A DNA stretch of 62,425 nt, counting the filler, from Choristocarpus tenellus KU-1152 (taxonomy: Eukaryota > Protista > Phaeophyceae): assembly GCA_964200185.2 (NCBI GenBank). It is 9 parts of 9 records of this genome, joined end to end, with 100 filler letters (N's around TTAATTAATTAA, not from the genome) between each part and the next. Parts side by side here need not be neighbours in the genome. Positions count along the whole stretch, not along the records: positions 1 to 16,708 come from CAXNAD020000788.1; 8 more parts are not named here. The stretch is one strand, 5' to 3'. The notes below the pieces were generated by a model, which saw nothing but the letters and a program-made list of their open reading frames with translations, was not told the DNA's origin and searched no databases. Each line of letters starts with the position of its first letter. Position 1 is the first letter of the stretch. This document shows positions 1-15,000 of this stretch, one piece after another. Position numbers and translations under genes: made by a program.

Positions 1-3000
1 GGAGAGGGAAAGAGCACCAGAAGTAGGGGGTGGGGGCGGGACAAAGCATGTGCTACATACAGATGAAAACTCGTTGGGGCCTCCGAGTGGTGTGGGACCT
101 GCTGGGCAAGGATCCACCGGGCAAGGATCTGAGGAAAAGGAATCCGAACTTTGCCCAACGTGTGGTGTGCATAGGGTGGTGTGCATAGAAGGGGAGGAGG
201 ATGGTCAAGTGGATGGAAGGAGTGATGGACAGCAGGGTTCCGAAGGAACCACATTTGGTTTGAAGGAGGGAGAGCTGGAGCCGGCCAATAATCAGGCATG
301 TTCTACATGGTGCATGTTACGGCAACAAATAGTATTGCCCTCAGAATTGATTACCTTCCTCAGTGTCAATGATTGCTTGACTGCTTGGCTGTGTGACTAC
401 CTGTCAACCTCCTACTCTCAAGTCCGTGTCCAGAAGCTCCTCATACCATACAGGTTGCTTACAATTGGGGCAGGTGTCAGTGTACATGTTGTGTCCATTT
501 AGTGTCATTGTGATATATTTTCACCTCCCCTTTGTCGATGTTACTTTGATATTCCTTTTGTAGGAGTGTGTGTCATACAGCATGCCATTCTCAACCTCCC
601 CTCCCCTGCAACACATACCTATTCTTCTTTCATCTCTGTGCTGCAGTTGTATAGGATGCTGGAACAGGCACTCCAAGCATACAACCAAGTTGAGATAGAT
701 TGGGGGTTTGATGTCCTTGATCAGCCGTCACCGAGCCAATCACCTGTATTGGGCAAGGCTCAAAGGCAGAAACGTGTTCCTCTTCATACCGGCCGTCGAC
801 CCCACAAAGCCTCCAAGGCATCCAGTGTCCAACCAGGTCTTGGTGGTCGCCGCATCTCAGGCTCCCTGCACACACACCCTCAAACCTCTTCAAGAATGCA
901 GTCATTTCCCGGCATCTTCGGCAAGCTCCCGGCAAAGCTAGTAAGGGGGGGGCGCTGGTATGGTCGAGCTCTGGGTGATGATACTGTGCTGGTAACCTTT
1001 CTGCCGTCCCTCCATGCTTGGGAAGAGGACATGACTACTCGCACTGCAACCAGAACAATGCCCAGCTATAACAGCAGTGTGGATGCTAGTGGCAGGGGCA
1101 AATTTGGGGGAAGGGGGAAGAGTTCTGCTTGGGATTCAAGGCGGCGAGTCTGGTGCTCACGGGATGATATGGAGGCAACTTTGGGGGAGGGGGATGGAGT
1201 GGCACAAGCTGGGGTTGGAGGAGTTAAAGGAGTGGGTGCAGGGGGAGGATTAGGCAATAAAAATTTCCTACCCCGGCGAAAGACTGAGGAGAACCTTTGC
1301 CGTGCTGCACTGGGCTCAGGCTCTACCTCGGGAGTCAACTCCATAACCAGGCAAGGATCGTGGGGTAGTGTGCTGGGGAGAGGTGGAAATGGGTCATGGT
1401 CAGCCTTGACTAGCTTGAGACCTGGTGGTGTACTTGAGAGTGGAAGAGTAGGGCCAGGGGTGGAAGCAGAGCTGCTGTCATTGGGGGTGCACCTGTTCCT
1501 TGTGAAAGTGTCTGGCTTCAGCAACTCACCAGAGCAAGTCAAGAGTACCAAGCAGCAATGGGTGAAAAATGTGTTGCTCAAGCACCTCACTGATGATGCG
1601 TTGAAGAGGACCCCAGTCCCTCGACTGGACCCAAACAGGTGTGTTGTGTGTGTATACTTACTTTTTCAAGAGATGGTATGTTGTACTTCTGTCAGGTTCA
1701 CCTCTCGACTCCGCCAGCAAACATGGTCCTCAGTCTTGCCTCCAGCCTTTGCGGACATTGACACCACCTCTTCTCTTGCCCAGCTAGCTCACTTCCCTTC
1801 ATACCCTTTTTTCTCCCCTCCCCCCTCATCACCATGCTGTCCACTGTACAAATAAATATGAAGATTTGGCTGGGGTGATGGCAGTGGTGGCAGTGGCGTT
1901 AGTGGCTTTGATGATCAAAACCTAGCTGTACAGTATGAAGCTTCGTTGAAATCTGCCCACCATAGGGCCTTTTCACGTGCCGCATACCTAGCGCTGAGAG
2001 GAGGTAGGAGTTTATGCTCAGGAGACCTCAACACCGCCCTTAAGTGCACAGAGGCTCGCCACCGGGTGGAGATAACCTTACTCAGGAGGATCAAACTTGA
2101 TGCCAGCCGACAGAGAGAAATTGTGTCAGGAGGAGGGGGTGATGGAGGCATGGTTGGTGGTGGTTCTTCAGCAGGTGACGGTTTGGAGGGGGCTGGGGAG
2201 GAAGGTGAAGACAATGCAGTTGGGGTCAGCAAGAGAGAATGGGGGCGATCTGAGCATGGGCAGGAGCAGGACTCATGCAACAAAGAGTTTACTGCAATTG
2301 TGTCAAGGTAGTTGTCGCCAGGGTGTGGAAAGTTGTAGTTTGGGGCTAGCTTTGGTAGCTTTTTCTTGTTTATCTATGAAGTCTCTCCCCCGTGCAGTAT
2401 TTCCTAAGCCGTCACTTCCTTTTTCATCTTTCTCATGTGATGTGTTCTAATATCATGGCTCCAAAGGCAACTCTTGAACCACTCACAAGTGTAGGGCAAG
2501 GTGTAGGGTTGGGTTCCGCACTCTCTAACCCAAATACTAATTGTTGTCTCTTGGCTAAGACAACGGCAAATTCTACTTTGGCGTATGTTGGGGGGTTCAA
2601 TGCTTCATCCACAGAATGTTGCTTCCCACTTGTATGCACACTCACTTATTTTTGGGATGTTCAACTAGCAGCGGAAGAACAACTCTCCCCTCTCTTCACC
2701 TTTTCCACTGCTCTACTCCCCCCCCCCCCCCCCCCCCCCCCCCCCCTTCTTTTTTCTTTTTTTTTTCTTTTTTTTTTTCTGCACATTTTTGCCACAGCAG
2801 CACTGTATCATGAGTCCTTTCCTCTTGACCCATCAATCTGGGCACACACTATTTTTGAGGCACACCCCCCACCTTTCAGAACAAGTACAGGGCTACTCTC
2901 GTTGGAACACAATTGGTCTTGCAAATGCAAGTAGAATTTTTTGGCCAAACATGAATGCTCACCCCCCATCACAGATATCTGAGGCCGGTTCCTGGAACTC

Positions 3001-6000
3001 GATATTACATATATTGGAAGAGTGAGGCCGCTCTGGACCAGGTCTGTCTGTTTCCCTCCCTCGTGTTACTCTTGTCTTGTCCTCTTCTTGCCTCTCCCTG
3101 TTGCTCCTGTTATAATTCTGTTGGCTAGGGTCTGATACCATAAAGAACAATGTATACCGACCCCCATTTGTCCCTTCCCCCCCAGATCCTATTAACTTAC
3201 TTCAATCATTGACTGGTGGAGAGGGTTAAGGAGCATGTTTGCTGGGAGCATTAGATTCAATTGCCAAACCCGATAAAATACTTTTTTCTTAGAAACGCTC
3301 TCCCTATTGCCAGCGCCAGAGTCGAAGTCTCAACTATGCAGAGTCGTTCTATGGTTTGCTTCATTGGCACACGTACTTGAAGTTCATGACGTAAACTGAT
3401 GTACAGCTCATCACTCTTGTATTTACTCGCATGCAAACAGAATTACTTATCAACTGGGTCGATGCTGTCCTCTGGCTGAGGACATATACTGACCCCAGCT
3501 GATAAATGTGTTGGTATATGTCTCCATCAAACCCCTGCTCCTTCCCCTTCCCATCACCTAGTCAAAATCATCACCCTCTCCCATACTACCCCATCCCCCT
3601 TTCCCCAACCAGGAAATAGAGATTGATGCACCCCCGAGTGAGGCAGAGGAATCGGGGGATGATTTTGAGAGGGAAGAGGACGAGGACGAGGGCATTGGGA
3701 CACAGCTTGGCCAGGGAGAGGGTATTGGCGCTGGTTCCCTCTACTTACAACACCTCCCCAGTAGGGAATCGCGAGGAAAGCTATCCTGGGGAATGCCAGG
3801 GACAGAAGCCACCTTCGGTGAATCTGTAGCGGCCGCGATCCGAGCAGGGGAACGCAGTGGAGTTGGTGCCGGCTCAGGGGTCAGAGGTGGAGGTGGAGGT
3901 GGAGGGGTGGGATCATCTCGTGTTTCTTCCCCAGGGGTTAGGGGCAGTGTAAGGCAGAGGGATGGTGTTCCGTTGGGACAGCTCTCCCTGCCAGCGGTAT
4001 CTCCACCACCTCCGCTCTTTGTGCGCTTTGAGTGCCTCCACACAAGTGAGGGAGGAGGGCAGAGGCGATATGCAGTGGACAATCAGCACACCCTGGGGCA
4101 GGCTCTGCTTGCAGATGCCCCAACAGTGATTGAATCCTGGCATCTAGAGCCCTCCCCATGGGGAAGGGGAGGGCCTTCCCCAACCAAGGGGCGCACGTTC
4201 CTCTGCATCATCACCACAGAGTTCCCGTCAGCGGTAAGGGGTCCCACTGGTGGGACGGCTGTAGGCTTGGGTGTTGGAGGTGGCAGTGGCCCTGGCAACT
4301 TTATGGGATGTGGCTTGGCATCCCCGAGGGATGTTAGTACACATATGCTCTGGGGGGAAGGAGGTAGTGGAAGTGATGGAGGATGGGGGAGTGTTCAGGT
4401 GTGTGGAAGGGTGCTGTATTCGGGCAGTAGTGCTTTGAGTGACCTTGGGGAGACAGGCAGTCCTATTCTATTGTTGAAGATTTAACATTTTTCTCCTGTC
4501 CTTACAAACATTGTGTAGAAATGAATAAATTGAGCATGTCTATGATGCATCAGAGTTAAATATGGTATTCTTGTCGCTTGCCCTGGAAGTTCCTGAACTC
4601 TTTCATGTTCACTTGCCTACCTCCCTCACTCTCCCCCTCCCCCCCCGCTCATAACCAAGAAAAGTAATCATCTCTGTGCACTGAACTACCGCTCACCTGG
4701 TGTCCTTGATGTACTTTGAGGTATCTACTACTCTGCTGTCTCTGCCCCAACTTATTTGACCATTAGATGTTTGTCATATATATAACATCACATCTCACCT
4801 TTCTAGGTGGGGGAGGAACAGAGCACAATTGGCACACGTTATGCTGGGACAGGGGGCTTAGCAGTACCAGCGACTGCTGCCTTAGGAGCTCCCGAGGAAG
4901 GGAGGCTACTCCGAACCCATGAGCAACTGGCTGGTGCTCTCAAGAACCATATTGGGGCCCTCTCATCTGCAGAGATTCTGCGTTCAATGCTGCGAGTGAC
5001 TCCCATCACCTCTCAGGCACTGCGCTTGGTTCGCAACTGCCTTGCACCTCTCCGTGATGATGAGATCACAAAATTTGAGGCAAGTGCTGGTCGGAAAATT
5101 GAAGGGGGGAGATGGATGCTGGTATGTGGGGTGTTTGGTGGGAGTAGTACGGCAGTGTGTTGGTTCCAGTCGAATTGCCTCTGGTGACAGATTGTTATTG
5201 AGTGATGGTGCACCTGGATGTAGGATGGCAAGGACGCTTTTGATGAGGGTGGGTGTAGGGGGCATAGAGAGTGAGGTTTCCAAGAAGATGTGGTGCATGA
5301 GCAAACGACATGGTGCGGACATAAGAAGTGAAGGTTCTATTTTAAGCAGAAATTTGAAGTGCACATTTTTTTTGAAGAAAGTGGAGGCTTGGAAAGTAGA
5401 CGTGCTTAAGTTCAATCATGTTTTCTTTCATTTTGGACAGAGTGATGCAGAGTGCCATTTACATTTTCTGCGCACATGTTCTTGACAGGCGAGTGTAAAA
5501 GCCCTTATAAACTGACGCTGTCCCGGACTGACCTTCTGAGTTAGTTGTGTTCGGATTTGTGCATGTGGTCTTGCTCCTGATGGCCTACCTAGCTGACTTG
5601 CTGGCAGGGGCATGTTCCTTCTTGAGGTTATGCGCAGTTGCGGTTTTTTGCTAACATTTTCCTTTTAGCCATAGTTACAACTACCCAAACCTTCTCTTCT
5701 AGTGAGAGCTACAACTTGCTTGTGTTGAATATGTTTAAGTGTGTCATTTCTGCCCCATTACAGGAGATGTTATTCACCCCGTCCACCGAAACACTGAAAA
5801 AAACTCCGTTTAACTTGCACCTCAAACAGGGGAGGGGGAAGTGTAATATGCATGTGGGAAATGAGAATGAAGTGTTCATAATGACTGTGAATGTTTTGGT
5901 CTTGGGATCTGGAAACCTGATGGGAGCACCAACCCTCTGCACCCAATAATGCTTGTACAGGTTCCCTTGGAGTTTGCAATCAATTCCAACTCCAGCTGCC

Positions 6001-9000
6001 CCAGATTGGAATTTGTGCACCGTGTTCGGCCTCTCCTGAGTGAACAACTGTTGGCAGGGAAGTTCCTCTGCCTAAGGCGTGTCGAAGATACGTACTTTGT
6101 TGTGGAAGAGTCCAACAGTGATGCCCTTCCTCCAAGCCCCACACCCTCTCTAAAGTGTACTGATGACTCCGGGGGATGGGATGCTGGAAAGTCTCCTCTA
6201 CTCTCCTACCTGAGACGAGATGATTCCTTTGACTCAACCCATCCTCAGAGTCCTGAAGAGGACAGCTCAGAAGGTGGAGATGACGATGTGTTTCATGCAA
6301 AGCATTATGTGGTCCCATACTGGGCAATTCTGGGCATAGAGGAGGGCGATACTTTATTGCCCGAGTCTGACAACAACGACACAGTTGAGGTCAAAGTCGC
6401 TGATCCTGGAGTGGATGTGGACCTAGTTTGTGGGGGTCTCAGGATCAACGAGGGTGGTGACTTCATTGGCAAACTTGCTGTGGGCAGCGTTGCTCATGTC
6501 CATGGCTCTGGAGAACTGAGTGTAAACTTTAAGAATGGAACAAGTACCAAGGGTGGGGTTGATGGAAAAGGTGAGTCTCAGATTGAAGCTGAAGATAAAG
6601 AACATGTGACTGACTCAGCAGGGAAATTGACAACTATCTTACGACCAAGCCGTGCATCACTTGGAAGGGAGACGTTCAAGGTCAAGATTAGAGTCTCTCT
6701 GCACCACCCTAAGGGTACTCCGTTGTATGAGGGCAAGGCTAAGGTGGTGATCGACTTACACCTGGTGAGAGATTGATCTGAGAGTGACCCCTCTCTCTCC
6801 TTCCCCCCTATCTCGGTAGGTTGGGGGTTACGGTTTTTATCTATTCTCTTTTCCTCGTTGTAGTTTGTGATGTGTAGTGTTTTTGTTGAGCTTGTGCAAC
6901 AAACAAGCAATATTTTCTTTATTGCACTTTTCTCCTCTGTCTCTAGTCTACCCCTCCACAAACTGAGGTATTGGTTGGTGTTTGTGAGATATGTTACACT
7001 TCAGCACAGCAGACTATACATTTTCTGTTCTTCAGTCATACCTGTACTCCTGCAATCTATCTATTTGGTCCTTACACATTTTCATTATATGCAAGCACCT
7101 GTACATCTCACCTAAGGAACTCTCCCATCAACCCTATGCTTTACTGTGGTTTCTCACCTAACTTCTGTCATGGCAGAGGCTCCTCGCCATTGAGCGGAGA
7201 GTGAACCAGCTCCTACTGCTCAAGGACATGGCTGATACTCAGGCAGCAAGTGAGGTACTCATTGCCCCTCCGCCACCTGATGAGTTGGCGACACTGCCCA
7301 CCCTCACACAGCTTGGGCAAAGTAGCAGTAGCACTGGCAGTGCCCGTTGCATATTGGACGAATCCACCAACAAAATAGGAATCGGGGGCCAAGGAGGTGG
7401 GGCATTCCGGCGCTCTGCAGCCCATGGTCATCACAGGCGCAAACCCTCTGGGGGGGCTGTTGACCGTGCTATGGAGGAGAAACATATAACAGCCTGTAGA
7501 GCGGGTGTGAAGCTTGGTGAAGCAGCTGCAGCTGCAGGGGAGGCTGTAGGGGAGGTAGTGACTAAAGTAGTTACCACCATTGCGTCTGGTAAGGAAGAGG
7601 GGGGATTGACCTTGTTGAGCAGGAGGTGTCCAGCCACTGCAGGCCTCATTGGAGGAACTGGGGATGAGAGCAGGGAGAGAGTTGGGAGTGTACATATGTC
7701 TGAAGGGGCAGGTAGATGTGAGGGTGATAGTGGACCTTTAGCACATAGTACCAGGACTTGTGTCGGGGATGGACAGAGAGAAGATGGGAGACAGAAGGGG
7801 AGGGATGAGGAGGATTCGGAGTGGGTGATGGGAAGGGAGGAAAGCAAACTTGAACGCAGAGTGTTGACTGAGTTGCTGAAATACCGGCAACTTGGGATAG
7901 GTGGGTTCTTCATTGGAGAGATGGCATGTCCGTGTGTGTACACACGTCGTTTTCCACTGTATTATCGCCTCCATTCGTCAAACTCCCTAATAAAATTGAG
8001 GGACAAGTTTCAGAACCTGGGGGTTTCGGCGCAAGGTCGGCCAGGAGTTCTGGCTTACCGCACACACCACGGGCACATCTTCTACATACTCCTCACAGAG
8101 GTATGTGACGGCTGGAGTGCTTGGTCACTGGTATCGTTTTGTGTGGTTAGGAGAATGTGCATGTGTCTTGTGTCCATTTACGCCAGTGCTCTACAGTGGT
8201 AGAAATGGAAATTGGACAAGGAGGGGGTCTGGGGGAGGGATTGCTGTAAAGAGGAGTGCTGTAGGGTGCTTCACCAATCGAATTTGGTTCTGTTAGTGGT
8301 ATCATCTGTTGAGCCTCTAGCAGTTTGTGTTGGTCTGGGGAGTTTCGTGTTGAGTTTGAGGTGGGAGAGTTTCAGGGTTGGTAAAACTTGGCTACGTTGT
8401 TTCCCTTAGTGTATCCATGCATCTCAACCCCATGCTGATCCCCTCTTCCTCTTTAGGCAAGTATGTCAAAGGAAAACCAAAATAAGGTCCAATTGTAGTT
8501 GGACACCTCCCCCCTGCATCTCTTGTTACCAAAGTCCTTACCTCTGTCTTCCACCGCTCCCTGCCCACCCCTTCACCTGCGACCATGGATGAACAGGGTA
8601 CAGAGAGTGGAACAGATGGTGTAAGCAGTGCAGCCGATGAAAAGAAGAGCTTCATTGACCTGTCTGTTCATGGTGTAGAGGTGGGGGTAGAGCTGTACTG
8701 CAAGAGAATATGGGAGGGTGGGAGTGGGTTTGGTACCATTGGGTTGCTATGGAAGCCAAGTGTAAACTCAATGATGCGTAGGTAGATACGTGTATATACA
8801 CTACTAACAATAATTGTCTGCTAAGATTGAAAATCAAAGACACTTTTCAGCAGGAGTAGTACTCTGTGGAGGATGTTGGGGTATTGGCAACACTGACTTG
8901 ACGAATTGATCTCATGTCTTAAGTTTATGATATGATCACAGTTGTAAAATCAACCAACAACAGTAGGTGGGGTGGTACTTGAAATGCCTTCACCCCTGAC

Positions 9001-12000
9001 TGACAAGTCTGGTCATGGTTTGCTGCAGCATAGGATGTTGTCCACTCATTTCGACTGTGAAATATGTATATATATATCATCTTGTGTAAACTGTTGACAT
9101 TTTGCTACAGTGTGCTGGGCTCGAAATAGCCGTTGTTCACCTGTAGTGCTGTGCTGACAGACTATCTGTGATGATCTAATGTTTGTGAATCCATGTCCAA
9201 GCACCCAGTTTTATACTACCCAACTGCAGTTGATATTGTTGCCCCTTCAAGAGCAGATATAGAGCACATTTTATCGCTTTCTCCCCCCTGCCTCAACTTT
9301 TCGTCTCACCTCTTTACAACAATTTTTTATTCATCCGCTGCTCCTGCGGCTCTCTTGAGTTTAGGTTGAGTTTGATCTCATTTTTCTGATGGCCCAGCAT
9401 TTGCAGAGTCCCCAGTCTTCACCTTTACCTTCTTTCTTTCTTTGTAATTTCTCAGCACTCTGCATGTGTCGACACCTCTCTTGTGCTGAATTTTCAATAT
9501 GATGGTAACCTTTTTACTACTGTGGGTGAGTTGGACTGATTACCCTTTGTAACATTACCAACCTTGCTCCGTTCTAGTTGCCCAAATGGTCCCAATGACC
9601 CCAATACACCCTCCCCTGTATTTCTACTTAGATTACATGAAGCATCATTGGAGTGCACACAACATAGTTTGAGGACATGTCTGGGGGGGGTGCTAGATTA
9701 AGTCAACATCACGATTGTATTTACGTGTACCCTTTGCTTTCCCGCGACTTTTTATGAGAGGCTTTCCCTTTCTCCTCCTGATCTCTTCCCCGGGTAATGT
9801 CTGGACTACTTGACGTGCAGGAAGTTGGTTCCGATATCACCAAAGACTTGTGCAATGTTATTGAGACCAACATATTCGAGCTTGGGTGTGATCAGCTTTG
9901 GTCGCTTTTGCGCAAGAACAAGTGCTTCCCGGTATGAGGCCATTGACATTGACCACATAAATGAAAAAATTGTTCTTCCATAGTTGCACTAGAAGTTTTG
10001 TTGCCAGTGGGGCCTGCTTTCATGTGTAAAGAACTAACAAATGTACACTAGTGGGGATTTGGAGTGAAGGAAGGGTTTTTATTGTCAGCAAGATTGTTTT
10101 TGTTTTTCAAATTGCTTTTGTGTTGATTAAGTGGTGTTGGTGTTACATACAGAGGGTTCTGTTGGACTTGGCCCCATCTTGCCTCCCCAAATTTGAGGTC
10201 TTGAAACTGATTTCTTAATGTTAATGTTCGCCTCAGCTTGGTTCCTTACGGCTTCTTCATATCCTGCTTCCACCTTGATGAACTCCCTGTGCTCCACTCG
10301 ACCCTCACTGGCCTGCTTATTTTTCCACACCTGTGCATGCCTGATTTCTCTCCCCTGGGCAAACTTAGATAACGTTTGCTGACAGGGAGTTCATTGAGAA
10401 CTGTGGCAATGCTGGAATGGACCTCGCAGCGGTGCAAAGTCAAACAAAAGACATTGCTGGCAGTGTGAGCACTGAGTCTACAGCAGGAGCACTGGGGGGG
10501 GTGGGGGGAACTTCAGGCAATGGTGGGGCTGGAGAAGCAGGCAACAATGCCAAAGGCTCTGCTGATACCGAGGGGTCAGGTACAGAGACTGGTACTGGGT
10601 CAGGCAGTGCACAGGTAGGGGTAGGGGCAGATGGAGATGGAGATGGACCAACAGGAACCATGGCACCAGCACCAGCAGTTCTTCCAGGCTATGAGAGTGT
10701 TGTCTTCTTTCTCCCAGTAGGTGTAAAGGACTTGTACCTCTTCCTCATGTACCTGCGGCAGGCCCTCTGCTCAGATGAGTACATTCATCCCCTTGTGACC
10801 GCCCCCCATGTGGCCAGTCCATCCCCCCCACCCCATCCTGTTGCCAACACGAGCCCTAAACTCACCAGCACAGCTGACCCATTGGTGCTTGTGTCTGCGT
10901 CTGGAAAAAATGCCGCAGAGGCTGATGGGGTAGGTTGTATGAGAACTGGCACTGAGGACCTGAAGGGGGTGTTGGGGGTGGAATTGGCTGAGGCAGAAAC
11001 CAAAAAAGATTCAGGTGATGAAGTGACTACAGCAACAGGTACATGGGCTCTACCAAGTCATGGGCAGAAGACAGAGAGCGCAAAGCACAAGGGAAGGGAG
11101 GGGGTACCTGAAACTGGAAATGGACTTACTGATGCTGGTACTACTTTGTCCTGGATTCAGACTACTGCTGTGAGAGGACAAGAAAGCTCTGGAGGGACAG
11201 TAGTACTGGACTCTGATCAGGTTTCTGTGCTTGGGGATAGCACCGAGGAGGATCTACACAATGAATATGTGGTTGACACAAAGGCGGAGCTGGATGGGGA
11301 GAGTCAGGGTGCTGGAGGGGGAAGTGGGGGATCCTTTATTGAGGAGGTGGTCCTGGATCCAGGTGAGTTGACCTTCTTCTACTTGTCCCAGCAACCACCA
11401 AAAAATATGGACAAGCCAGCAGCCAGGCAGACCCCCTCTGCACGGAAGGTGAGGGGTGTGTGTGTGTGAGGGGGGGTGGGGCAACTATGAATCTCTACTT
11501 GCTGAAAACAAGGAAAATCGTTTTGCTTTGTGGGAGGGCTACAGTGACATCCGTGCCTAGGCTGTACAGGTCACGTGAATCCTGATGGTTGCTGATGGTT
11601 GTGGATATAGGATCTTGACATGTCCCACACAGCTGAGACACCCCTACCTCCAGTCATAGAAACTTAAGCTCTTTTATGTGTTGTCTCAAGCTCCCTTCAG
11701 TCATCCCGGAGGAATAAAAACATTGTAATGTACATGAGCCTGTTTTGCTATCCCACTGCACCCCTAGTGATAGCTCTCTGTTCCCATGATCATGTCGTTG
11801 CTCTGTTCTACCCTCCTGTACCTCTCTTTGATCCCCCTGTGACTTAACTTTATTCTGTAACTTGATGTGTGGACAAACCAAATCAACTGCTAGGGCTGCT
11901 ATTATTATGGTGCTGCCTGGTTGCTTTTGAGAGGCTCATTACGGATGATGCATCCTGGGTGGATAAGACCCTTGATTTTGATCTTGTGTTCCCCTCACCT

Positions 12001-15000
12001 ATGCAAAGACAACAGTGGGGTGTAGCTCTAAACACTTGGCTCCTCAAGGCACAATTGCTAGTACGGCAGATGCCAGCAAAACAATCAATCAAGATATCTT
12101 CTTTTCGAGTTCTTTTGAATATTTACCAAGAACTCAACCAGAACGTGCATCCAGCCTATGCCTTACGCACTATACCTTAGATATCCAAGACACCACTCTC
12201 TGCTGTGGAGACTCTTATCTAACCCCTTTCCCATAATTTCTTGTCTCACGTACATAGGTTGGGGAAGGGGTCGCCATCATTGATCTCATGCCTGTGGGCC
12301 TTGGCAAAGGGAATGGACAGGAGGTGAGGATGACTACACTTGGCACAGGACACCATCCTGAAGCATCCATCGAGGAGTTGGAGTCCCTTGCCGAAGAAGC
12401 AGGCATGGGTGTGGACGTCACAGCAAGGAGTATGAGGTTCTCATCCTCAAGTCTTACAGACAGGCGTCAAAGTCGATCTGGGTCTGGCAGTGCCCTCACT
12501 TACCTCATAGATGAGGACAACATGGAGGGCGAGGGAAAAGTGGTAGATAATGTGGCGGAGGATGAGGAAGAGAACCAACATGTGGAGGAGTGGGGCATGG
12601 GAAGCCGTCTAGAGGTTGGGAGGGGTTGCCCATGCATCAAGCTGGAGGTTTATGCGTGTGGTAAGATCAACATGCCGTACCTCATGGATCTGCTCCAAGG
12701 TTGTTTCAAGCAGGTGGGGTACTTTTATTATTTTTTGTTTGCACTTGTAGGGTGATGGAGATGGTGTGATTTGTATCCCACAACCCTGTCTCTTTTCCAG
12801 CGCTTCAGCCCTTCCTCCTCTGTGCGGAAAGATCTGTGCTTGAACTTGAGTGTTCCTGGGTCGTGGGAAGACAGAATTATGAGGGAAAGAGTCGATTCCC
12901 TTGTTCCCTTATCCGTGATAATCAAGGTGGAGGGAATTAATGTGTTCCGAAAAGGTGGGGTTTTATTTATTACTCTGATATGTCATATCAGAAGCCAATG
13001 ATCAGCGTATCGTATGCGAGGTTGTGTTGGAAGCTTTCGATTGCAGTGGAAAAATCTGAAGGTTAGTTTGGTCATTTTGTTGAAAATGGTGTCGACCAGT
13101 TTGGTCAAAATCGTAATTTTCTGTTTTCTTGTAAGTGTCTCAACTATTTTTTTGGTCTTTTCATTTCTCTTCTACAATTGAAAGGTTCTACCGAAAGCTT
13201 CCATATGATGTGCTGATCACTGATTTCTCAGATGACCTACTGGAGAAACATACATGAGAAGGTGGAGGAAATAACTAGTTCCCCATTTTATCGACTTAGT
13301 GTCAGTTATTCACGATATACTTTGAAAGGAGATACAAAGATCAGTGCGACCGGATTCTTGTAATTGAGAGCTATCGATTGGGCTATAGAATGACTTACCA
13401 CTCATCTTCTTTTTTTTTTTTTGTATGACTTTAGTTAAGGAATTGGGGATANNNNNNNNNNGAATGATTTCTAGGATTCTTGTAATTGTGAGGTATCGAT
13501 TGGGCTATAGAATGACTTACCACTCATCTTCTTTTTTTTTTTTTGTATGACTTTAGTTAAGGAATTGGGGACAACAAGCAGATTTTGTATACCGTCAATT
13601 TCCATCTCCCACAACCACTAGAAGATGTTCTACCAAGGTTCTTGAATTGGTAGCACTTATGTTTGGGATTGTCATGATGGTCAAGTTTTTTGTCAGATCG
13701 TTTTTGATCAATAATTGGGACACGGCAATGTTTCGGCACGAGGCTACTTCTGTCACCTTTTGAGCAGGTGAGAGAGCATAGTTCTCGCACATGGGCATCA
13801 CAATGAGTAGGTATTGAGTGACTGGAGTATATAGTGTGTAAGAAGCTTCTGGGGAGGTGGCGAAAGGGACATGAGCAGTGCTACTCTCACCCATCTGGAA
13901 TTAGTGTGCTCGGTACCCTCTCCTGCTTAAAGGCTGTGTACTTTAGTATGCCCTTTTCTCCTTTATATGGGCTACCTGGTTTATCCTCCGGTTGGGAATC
14001 CTTCTTCCAGGAATTGAAAAAAAGGTTTTTAAATTGGACATACTCTAAGTTCTTTGGTAAGACATTAATCATATTGTTGCACGGTCCAACAAGCATGGAT
14101 GCACAATCAGCCCATTTTTCTTGAAGAGTGTGGGCAGGAGGTTCTAAAATTCAAACAAGCCAGGCACTTCTACAATTCATCTCCCCGAGCAATCAGCATT
14201 GATTCATCATCACCATCACCACTGTGCTCCTCACCTACTCAACCCCTTCTCCCCCCCCCAAGGTGCTGCACTACCTCTCTTAGGTGATTGCCCCAGTCTC
14301 TTTCACCATCTTTTGTCTCATTGATCTCCTTTAAACTATATTTAAGCTTCACCTATCTGTAAATGTACTCTTTCTACCCAATGCCCCTTCCCCATAGGCA
14401 TTGGTAGAATACGCCATTGAACGGGTGCTGCTGCGAGACCGTGCTGGTTCTGGCATGGAGAGGGGCATGGCAGAGGGATCTGCATCCTTCAATGGAGATA
14501 CCACACCCGCTGTTGCAGCAACAGCAGCTGCAGGAGGGGGGGATGCAAATTCAGTGGAGATAAATGTTGCAAGCACAGGAGCTGAGGAGGCAGGGATGGT
14601 AAGGAAGGGTTCTGGGTTGGTAAGGTCGATGGTTCCGTTTGGCATTTCGCCTCCTTTGTCACAAATGCACCAAGACCAGAGTGGACACGATAAAGGAGCT
14701 TCACTTGGAGATGTCAAGAAGGTGTGTTATATGTGCCGGTGTGATATTGCGTCCATGATGTTGAAAATATGGAGACAGGGGTATTGGGAGTGAGAGACAA
14801 GGGATGAGGGAGATATCAGCACCAAGAGAGAAAAAAAAGGGACAGTGACACTTGATGCAGGGGTGTGAGGTTGCAATTTACTTGTGATATCAAAGTGCCC
14901 TGAGGTGATGGCACAGTGATCCGTGTTTCATGTGCTGACAAGGTAACTCCCTCCCGGGGCTTGGAGCGGTGAATTGGTTGGCATCACAACACACATCGCA

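Noticed and set aside
13352-13571. About 100-bp direct duplication around the 10-N gap at 13452-13461
   Set aside because: Typical unmerged contig overlap, so an assembly artefact.
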